Both the position numbers and the translations under genes were made by a program. Below the pieces are notes generated by a model. That model worked only from the letters and a program-made list of their open reading frames with translations. It searched no databases and was not told the origin of the DNA. Shown piece after piece: positions 57,537 through 64,000 of a stretch of DNA of 64,000 nucleotides. Position 1 is the first letter of the stretch; each line of letters opens with the position of its first letter. The stretch covers positions 1-64,000 of IMG/VR virus record IMGVR_UViG_3300014204_000013; one strand, written 5' to 3'. Source of the stretch: a virus (lineage: Duplodnaviria; Caudoviricetes).

Positions 57537-57979
57537 TTTTTTTCTATAGATTCCCCCGTAATAACAACATTTTTTCGTCTATCCTTCTGATATATCTCTT
57601 CAGGTGTGCTACATATTTCTCGAATATTTGCTATACTGATCACTTTTCCAATACAGGATGATGTGTTGATTACAGCCTGTTTTGTTTCTATTCCCACCCA
57701 ACCATCGGTTAATTTAACTATTGCAATGCAATGGCCGTTTGGCTGGCCATCTGGCATTGGTTTGTCTTCTATGATTGCGATGCCCATAGTATAACCTAAA
57801 TTTTGTAATAATTTATAATTTGCAATAGACATATCTACGCAATCGAATATATCTAATTCTGGTTTATATATAAAATGATATGAGTTTAATATGCCTTGGA
57901 GCTTTACTAATTCATCATTTACCGCTATACTGGGTACGACACTTATCAACATTATTGTAATCATAAGCATTTTAAGCAT
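57533..57979 (-). CDS. Secreted transglutaminase-like cysteine hydrolase
   Basis: Signal peptide; FDCVDMS...LQNLGY; GHCIAIV; GIET. Confidence 0.7.
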   Translation of the reverse strand: MLKMLMITIMLISVVPSIAVNDELVKLQGILNSYHFIYKPELDIFDCVDMSIANYKLLQNLGYTMGIAIIEDKPMPDGQPNGHCIAIVKLTDGWVGIETKQAVINTSSCIGKVISIANIREICSTPEEIYQKDRRKNVVITGESIEKN

Positions 57980-58028
57980 ATCAACCTCATTAGGTAAGCT
58001 AATATAAAAGAACCACTAACATATCTAT

Positions 58029-58970
58029 ATGACTCGTCCCACTACACGTTTCCCTCGTTGGCGCTGGCAACAAGTATTAGATGAAAATGATCATATTTTA
58101 CTAGAAGGTGATCAATCATGCTATTTTAACCGCCTCATGGATCTTGGTCAACCAATTGAAGATAATGATGCTGCAACCAAAAAATACGTAGATGATAATA
58201 GCGGAACCGGCAGTGGTGAAATCAACACAGCCAGCAACCTGGGTGCTGGGGATGGACTTTACAGCGCGAAAGTTGGAGTAGATCTGAAATTCAAATCTCT
58301 AACTGAAGGAACCGGCATAACTTTAACTCCCGGAGCTAACGAAATTGAAATAGCATCACATGCGAATACTAATGATCCTAGCGTGGATGAGAAGGCAGCC
58401 ATGGCTGGAACTTCAGGCACTGCTCCGGATGCAACCAATCCTTTTGTTGATAATGCTGACACTAGAATGTCTGATAGCAGGACACCCACTGCGCATAATC
58501 ATGATGGATCTGCTATTAATGCAGGCACTATAGATGGTGACAGGCTCCCAGCATTGGATGCTGCCAAACGGGGTGGTGTCCCAGCAACTGGAGTACCTTC
58601 GGGTAAATTTTTAAAAGATAATGGTTCTTGGGATGTACCTGTAGCAGCCGGAATAGATGGTCCGTATAGAGTTAAACATGACGACGCATCTCCTGTAACT
58701 CTTTTTTCTACGACCGAATTCTGTGAAATTAAAATAGTAGCTGCTAAATGTATTGTAGCAGATGCTGCAGCTACTTTAGAAATAGGATTTGCCGGAAACA
58801 CAGCAGCTTTAATGTCAAACGTTGAAATGCCTAAGCTATTAAACGGTAAAAAAGTAAATATATTTCCAACAGCTACTATTGAAGCAATAACCCCAGTTAT
58901 AGCCACAATTGGCGGTGGGGGAGTAACTGGAGAATGGGATGTTTGGTTCGAAGTTGTGAGGTTTACATGA
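58029..58970 (+). CDS. Fibre-like structural protein
   Basis: DAATKKYVD; NTASNLGAG; TPTAHNH; GKFLKDNGSW fibre-type motifs. Confidence 0.7.
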   Translation: MTRPTTRFPRWRWQQVLDENDHILLEGDQSCYFNRLMDLGQPIEDNDAATKKYVDDNSGTGSGEINTASNLGAGDGLYSAKVGVDLKFKSLTEGTGITLTPGANEIEIASHANTNDPSVDEKAAMAGTSGTAPDATNPFVDNADTRMSDSRTPTAHNHDGSAINAGTIDGDRLPALDAAKRGGVPATGVPSGKFLKDNGSWDVPVAAGIDGPYRVKHDDASPVTLFSTTEFCEIKIVAAKCIVADAAATLEIGFAGNTAALMSNVEMPKLLNGKKVNIFPTATIEAITPVIATIGGGGVTGEWDVWFEVVRFT

Positions 58971-60391
58971 AGCTAATTAATATGGTTATTGTGTTATCTA
59001 TTCTTCTCGCAATTGTTGGAGGAGGATTGGCGGCAAAAAACGGGCCGTGGGATGGCAGAACAGGAGCAAATATAACTCTGGACAATGCTTACGTCAAGGG
59101 TGCTCTGGCAGGCATAGCCACAAACGATGTATCTAACATGGGACAGCTATGGATGAAGGTAAACAAGTCCGGCGACACCATGACGGGGGCGCTGAATGTC
59201 GTCAACGGCACCGGTCAGGCTGCGGTATCCTATGCTCAACTTTGGGATAATCGCGATTTTACAGTATCTTATGACGGCATCATCAAGCAAAAAAGCTCCA
59301 CGTTCTACGGCATAAATGGGGCAGGAACCGTAATCAGCAGCGGCATGGATTTCGGCACGGTTTTCAACACGCTTGTAGACTCTCTGAGGACTGGCCAGAG
59401 CTGCCCGGCCACAATCGCCATAGATTGCCCAAGCGTAACCAATACATCAACATGCTATTTATATTCTGAAATGAATGTTGTGGGCATCGGCAGGCCACAT
59501 ATCAGCACGGCCATTGATCGCCCGATCTTCAAATCTAACGCCTCCAATTACCACAGCGGATTTGCTCTTAGGGGACTCTATTTGCGTTTCACCGGGGCGG
59601 GACATTACACTAGCAGGCACATTGAGATATATAATGCGTCATATAATTACATAGATGAAATATATACAATGATGCCAAATACGCATTACGACGACACCAA
59701 CCACGGCGGCATTCTGTTCGACGGCACAAGTGGCACGACCTGGCTAAATTATATTACAAATAGCCACATATCGCAAGTCACCATTAGAAATTCTACCGAT
59801 AACTGGATAGACAAATGCTCGATAGTCAATTGGGAGATGACCAACCATGCCATACTATTAATAGGCACCTGCAACAATGCCAAAATAACTGAAAATCACA
59901 TAATCTGTCCATCCGGTGCTGTATCACCTGCTGGCATTTATACCGATTCAGCACAGTTCGGTATTCAGGTTCTAGGGAATTGGTTTGAGCCACAGGATGC
60001 TTGGTCATCTGGCGAGTTCCAGGGAGGGATATTCAGCAACGGTCTGTGGACCTTCTGCGATGTGTCCAATAACCACTTCAATTCGTTAGGCGGGGCAGGA
60101 CTAAATTTCAACGGCGGGTTTTCCTATGGCACCATAAATAGGAACAATTTTTACAATGTGAATCTCGCTAATAATGTTGGCTTCCGGTGCATTTCATTTG
60201 GGTCTGGGGCTTATAACTCAATCAGCAATAATGTGGCCTATGCAAACGGCCAAACCACAAAAGCATCATTCTGTTGGGGATCGGATTATTCGTCATATTC
60301 TGCGAATGTCATTAATGGAGATTTCTCAGACGACATAAATCCGATAGGTACCGGATCAAAAGAAAACGGGACCATTTCGGTACTCCATTAA
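58967..60391 (+). CDS. Signal-peptide-bearing fibre/beta-helix protein
   Basis: MKLINMVIVLSILLAIVGGGLA; VNKSGDTMTGAL fibre motif; NosD-like repeats (track starts 58934). Confidence 0.7.
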   Translation: MKLINMVIVLSILLAIVGGGLAAKNGPWDGRTGANITLDNAYVKGALAGIATNDVSNMGQLWMKVNKSGDTMTGALNVVNGTGQAAVSYAQLWDNRDFTVSYDGIIKQKSSTFYGINGAGTVISSGMDFGTVFNTLVDSLRTGQSCPATIAIDCPSVTNTSTCYLYSEMNVVGIGRPHISTAIDRPIFKSNASNYHSGFALRGLYLRFTGAGHYTSRHIEIYNASYNYIDEIYTMMPNTHYDDTNHGGILFDGTSGTTWLNYITNSHISQVTIRNSTDNWIDKCSIVNWEMTNHAILLIGTCNNAKITENHIICPSGAVSPAGIYTDSAQFGIQVLGNWFEPQDAWSSGEFQGGIFSNGLWTFCDVSNNHFNSLGGAGLNFNGGFSYGTINRNNFYNVNLANNVGFRCISFGSGAYNSISNNVAYANGQTTKASFCWGSDYSSYSANVINGDFSDDINPIGTGSKENGTISVLH

Positions 60392-60402
60392 AACAATAGC
60401 AC

Positions 60403-60456
60403 CCCGGCCCACGCAAACCTCTTCGTGTGGCCGGGTTACTATTTTTTACTTTTTTA
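60403..60456 (+). terminator. Hairpin plus T-tract terminator closing the structural operon
   Basis: CCCGGCCCACG/CGTG(T)GGCCGGG followed by T-rich runs. Confidence 0.65.
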
Positions 60457-60494
60457 CCGAACTTTTAAATACTTTGATCGCATTTATCATTATT

Positions 60495-60620
60495 ATGAAG
60501 GTAACTTACGTCGATAATGGAAAGCAAATCGAAAAAGCATTTGCAACGGAAGAAGAAGGAAAACAACTAAAAGCAGCTCTTAAAACAAAAGGCATTAAAA
60601 ATGCAAAATGGGAATGGTAA
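60495..60620 (+). CDS. 41-aa basic peptide
   Basis: Translated by hand: MKVTYVDNGKQIEKAFATEEEGKQLKAALKTKGIKNAKWEW; ACTTTTAAATA promoter upstream. Confidence 0.55.
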   Translation: MKVTYVDNGKQIEKAFATEEEGKQLKAALKTKGIKNAKWEW

Positions 60621-60627
60621 AAAAAAA

Positions 60628-60891
60628 TTACTCGGGAAATTCTGGCGTAAATTCTGCCAGAACTGTTTCCCCGAGTTTGACATTTCCCAGTATTTCCTCG
60701 ACACCCACCTTATCAGGTCCCTCGATTTTAAGAGTTACCTTATACACCCCATCATCCACAACAATGGACTCAGTAGCGGTTACAGTGTAACCCGTTTTTT
60801 TTGTACCCTTGGATGTAAGCTTGGGAGGTTTTGGTCCACTGGTGGTTATCAACAAATTAACTGTCATTCCTAACCACCCACTCAATACCAA
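60628..60891 (-). CDS. Small hypothetical protein
   Basis: 87-aa ORF downstream of MC1. Confidence 0.5.
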   Translation of the reverse strand: MVLSGWLGMTVNLLITTSGPKPPKLTSKGTKKTGYTVTATESIVVDDGVYKVTLKIEGPDKVGVEEILGNVKLGETVLAEFTPEFPE

Positions 60892-61291
60892 CCTTTTTCA
60901 CATGTGGAATATTTATCATTGGACCCAACCATGCCGGATCCTTATCTGTCTTTGCTCGTTGAATTTTGGATCCCGCAAACACATGCACCTTAACTTCTGT
61001 GATCTTCCCTTCCTGAGTATTTCGAGATCGGCGTACCCCAGTTTCCCGTAGTCTAATATCTGTTATGCCCTGATTTGCTATTTTCAAAGCAGCCTGTCTA
61101 GGGGCCTTTCCTGCATATCTGCCAATATCGTTATTATTGATATCCAACAGACAGAAATTCCGCACAACTCTTTTTACGGAACTTGCTTTTACGGGCGTAG
61201 TCTTAGTCTTATCCGTCTTCATCGAAGACTTGGTTGCCTTATTGGCAACCGTCTTTTTATCCTTCTTAATAGCCATTTTATTCCTCTTCAT
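60857..61291 (-). CDS. mc1: MC1-family non-histone chromosomal protein with a Lys-rich N-terminal tail
   Basis: RNFCL.D..N..G.Y.GKAPRQAALKIAN.G...IRLRETG...VHVF.G...P.W...I..P.VKK..IE matches MC1. Likely start 61276 (MAIKK) after GAGG. Confidence 0.9.
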   Translation of the reverse strand: MKRNKMAIKKDKKTVANKATKSSMKTDKTKTTPVKASSVKRVVRNFCLLDINNNDIGRYAGKAPRQAALKIANQGITDIRLRETGVRRSRNTQEGKITEVKVHVFAGSKIQRAKTDKDPAWLGPMINIPHVKKVGIEWVVRNDS

Positions 61292-61353
61292 TACTTATTT
61301 TGGTGTAAAAAGTACATCAACAATTGACCAAATTAGGTCTTTCCTAATAGTCA

Positions 61354-62826
61354 TTACTTTTCAATCTCCAGCCATGCTTTCAATTTTTCACCCATCTCTA
61401 CATCCGGTACAAAATGCTGCTGATCAAACAAATTGGTTCTATCTTTTACAACCTCGGCAACATGATCTTGAGACAAGTCAAGCTGCATGGTCATGTCGTA
61501 AATGAACCCTTGTCGCTGAATCGATTCTGTGCCGATTTTTCGAACTTGGGTTCTACCACTAGACGAATCCATAACATATTCAACTTTTGATCTTAATGTT
61601 ACTATGATATGAATTTTAGATCCAATGATAGTATCCATTAAACGATTTTGTTTTGCCGTAACCGGTGCCCATGCTGTGAAACTATTTCCACCGCGTTTTG
61701 TTGCTTCAGAATGAGCTTCTAACGCACCCCCTTCCCCTTGCCAATAGGGGCTAGCACTGTCTATCACCAAAACCTGGTATCCAGCAACTTCTGCCATTTT
61801 TATGGCAGTTATTAACCGTTCTACTTGGAATGGTGGTTCCATTTCCATTACATCATATTGTCCAATAGTAACCGTTCCAACTGTTGCGCCTTCATATAAT
61901 TGAGCCGATTTACCTTCACTATCAACAACTGCAATCTTGCTCCAATCCTTAGTTATCCCGTATGCAATAAGCAATGCGGAAACCGTTTTACCACTACCCG
62001 AAAAACCAGACAGTGATAACCTAAGCTTGGCATTTTGACGCTTGGCTTTCTTAAACATACCAGGAGATAAAGTTTGAGTTGGAGTCGGAACTGCATCTTG
62101 TTTAGCTGATGGCTGAATTACCGGGGCCTTTGGTTGTGCCGGCACCGTCTTTGGAGCGGCTGGTTGACTTGCCACCTGCTTTGGATCAACCTTTCCATTC
62201 ATGATATCATCAAGTGAAGGCGCTGGTGCTTTTGGGGCATCTATTACAGATTCAGCTTTCGATTTTTCAGTCACTTTTCCTCCTATCGTGGCACTGGCTG
62301 CAGCAGCCATAGCCTTCGGAGAATTACCCAATGCATTGGCCCTCTGCACATCTCCGTGTGCCTTGGTTCCGGGTATGACTGAATCAGGTGCCGATAAATC
62401 TTCCTTAGTCTTTTTCTTTCCTTTTTCAGGCTTAGTAAAGTGAGCCGGAGGCTTATTAGAAGGTTCTGGACAGGTTCTACCTAAATTATCTACTTCCCCA
62501 CCTGGTTCCCCTGGAGTTCCAGGCTCACCCGTAGGTTCGGAATCTCCCCCAGGATTTACAGTTTCAGCTTTCTCCTGATTTTCTGCAATTGCAGTCTGCA
62601 ACGCCTTGGTAAAGTGCTTTTTAATCTTTACCAAAGACGATGCCTGATCAAGATTGTCTCCATCCTTTGGTCTAACTTTCAAAATTTTAAGCTCATCATC
62701 GGTCCCCTGATCAAATCCAATATCACCATACTGTGTACGAATTATGCCTTCAGTTCCCTCGACTATTGCCTCATAATCGAATTTTTCAGCATACTCCGTT
62801 AAAAATGTTTTCAAGAATTCTTTCAT
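61354..62826 (-). CDS. AAA_24/Sak4-like P-loop ATPase with a long Pro/Ala/Lys-rich N-terminal extension
   Basis: LSGFSGSGKT, VVDSE, LVIDS.S..W.GEGG, HIIVTLRSK, QRQGFIYD, KDRT. Confidence 0.8.
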   Translation of the reverse strand: MKEFLKTFLTEYAEKFDYEAIVEGTEGIIRTQYGDIGFDQGTDDELKILKVRPKDGDNLDQASSLVKIKKHFTKALQTAIAENQEKAETVNPGGDSEPTGEPGTPGEPGGEVDNLGRTCPEPSNKPPAHFTKPEKGKKKTKEDLSAPDSVIPGTKAHGDVQRANALGNSPKAMAAAASATIGGKVTEKSKAESVIDAPKAPAPSLDDIMNGKVDPKQVASQPAAPKTVPAQPKAPVIQPSAKQDAVPTPTQTLSPGMFKKAKRQNAKLRLSLSGFSGSGKTVSALLIAYGITKDWSKIAVVDSEGKSAQLYEGATVGTVTIGQYDVMEMEPPFQVERLITAIKMAEVAGYQVLVIDSASPYWQGEGGALEAHSEATKRGGNSFTAWAPVTAKQNRLMDTIIGSKIHIIVTLRSKVEYVMDSSSGRTQVRKIGTESIQRQGFIYDMTMQLDLSQDHVAEVVKDRTNLFDQQHFVPDVEMGEKLKAWLEIEK

Positions 62827-62827
62827 A

Positions 62828-63058
62828 CTACCTCTTAATATATGGATCCATGTCTTCTGCTATCTCTCTTCCAATCGATGACAATTTCATCATTAAATGA
62901 CTGGCTGCCCAGTGCTTGCCAGCTCTAACACCCAATGCAAAAGCTCTCAACTCAAGCTCTCCCATATCCTCAACTAGGATACTTTTAACGTCGCTTTGAG
63001 AATTTGAACTATTTGCAAATCTCTCCATCCTATCATTAATATATTCAGCATCGTCCAT
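62828..63058 (-). CDS. Hypothetical protein
   Basis: 76-aa ORF. Confidence 0.55.
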   Translation of the reverse strand: MDDAEYINDRMERFANSSNSQSDVKSILVEDMGELELRAFALGVRAGKHWAASHLMMKLSSIGREIAEDMDPYIKR

Positions 63059-63065
63059 ATTGCAC

Positions 63066-63650
63066 CTATTTATTGAATTGTTGCTGAACCAACTTAACAG
63101 TTTCAGTTTGATGTTTTATCGCAGACTGCATTCTAACCTGCATATGATTCAAAACCTCACCCATGATAGTTCTTTGGAATAAAACCCCTCTAATAATTCC
63201 CTTTTTAGTATCTATATCCAAAGTTTCCCATTTCTCAAGAATATCATCAATCGATGTCGCTTCTTTTACAATCGTAGAATACTCATTTACAATCTCATCG
63301 AAATCCTGTCTTGATACTCCAAGCGTCCTTATGATTATAGCATCCTGATCAGTGTACTTTTTTACCTCCGCATTGAATTCGTTAAATTTAGGTCCAGCTA
63401 TAAGCATAACCGGAGCATCTTTTTCTCCCTTCTTTACAGCCAGAACCTCGGCTGCTAGTAGCCTTTCAATATACAAAATTGAATTATCCACCATCTTAGC
63501 AGATTCTTCAGGAGTAGTTGGATTCTTATTAAACAATGCTACCTGCAACGCATCCTTGGACATCGTAAAATCAGGTTTCAATTCTCCAAGCTTCTGCATA
63601 GGTACTTTTTCGTCATACATTACCTCAATTATTTCCTTAATTTTATCCAT
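63066..63650 (-). CDS. Hypothetical helical protein
   Basis: 194-aa ORF, GGAGGT RBS. Confidence 0.65.
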   Translation of the reverse strand: MDKIKEIIEVMYDEKVPMQKLGELKPDFTMSKDALQVALFNKNPTTPEESAKMVDNSILYIERLLAAEVLAVKKGEKDAPVMLIAGPKFNEFNAEVKKYTDQDAIIIRTLGVSRQDFDEIVNEYSTIVKEATSIDDILEKWETLDIDTKKGIIRGVLFQRTIMGEVLNHMQVRMQSAIKHQTETVKLVQQQFNK

Positions 63651-63732
63651 GTTTTACCTCCAATTTTCAAGACGTTACCACAACTAACGATTAAACGTAT
63701 AAATAGATTTTGGTTAGATCGAAAAAAGAACA

Positions 63733-63918
63733 TCAACTCAACTTCAGAACTATCTCATCATCTTCATCATCAATTTTCTCAAAATTCATTCTAAATGTTC
63801 CTTCCTCCCACCTCCGACTCTTGGCCTTTAACTTCGCCTCCACAAAAGCATCATCGACGTTTTCAAAGTCACCCACCACCAACATTTTAAACCCTTGAGA
63901 GATCGTAGTGTGAATCAT
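63733..63918 (-). CDS. Small acidic hypothetical protein
   Basis: 61-aa ORF. Confidence 0.5.
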   Translation of the reverse strand: MIHTTISQGFKMLVVGDFENVDDAFVEAKLKAKSRRWEEGTFRMNFEKIDDEDDEIVLKLS

Positions 63919-64000
63919 AGTCTTCCCGAAACCCTAATCATAGCTTCAATAATCTCGACCCATGAAAATTTAGTCTCCTCATTTTCCCTTGCACTTATCG

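Noticed and set aside
1-64000. CRISPR or mini-CRISPR array, TIGR array, cas genes
   Set aside because: No regularly spaced identical repeats with unique spacers were seen in the intergenic regions I read, and no Cas or Nop-domain ORF was recognised. The 10-bp repeat has no spacers.
1-64000. Integrase/att sites, terminase, portal, HK97 capsid, NrdD, packaging ATPase
   Set aside because: No diagnostic motifs were recognised. They may lie outside the window.
1-64000. Terminal inverted or direct repeats marking a complete genome
   Set aside because: The first and last 100 nt show no direct or inverted match.

Overview
This 64 kb window is gene-dense and looks like part of a large dsDNA virus or virus-like extrachromosomal element. 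The host is probably a methanogenic archaeon of the Methanosarcinales/Methanomicrobia (Methanothrix-like). The evidence is an MC1 chromatin protein, a Methanosarcinales-style PolB, archaeal ThyA, an ERCC4/XPF nuclease, NrdG and NrdH-like proteins, TATA/BRE promoters driving leaderless genes, and GGAGG/GAGGT ribosome-binding sites. The left half holds replication and nucleotide-metabolism genes: a primase-helicase fusion beside an origin-like iteron array, an intein-containing SF2 helicase, an intein-containing PolB, dCMP deaminase, ThyA, a MazG-like protein and homing endonucleases. The centre has a 2862-aa PEGA protein flanked by two thermonucleases, and a highly base-paired ~440-nt intergenic segment that is a candidate ncRNA. 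The right half is a + strand structural module with two beta-rich ~360-390 aa capsid candidates, tandem paralogous decoration proteins and beta-helix/propeller fibres. No terminase, portal, HK97 capsid, integrase or packaging ATPase is recognisable here. All family assignments come from motifs read by eye, with no database searches. Several small ORFs below the track's length cut-off were translated by hand.
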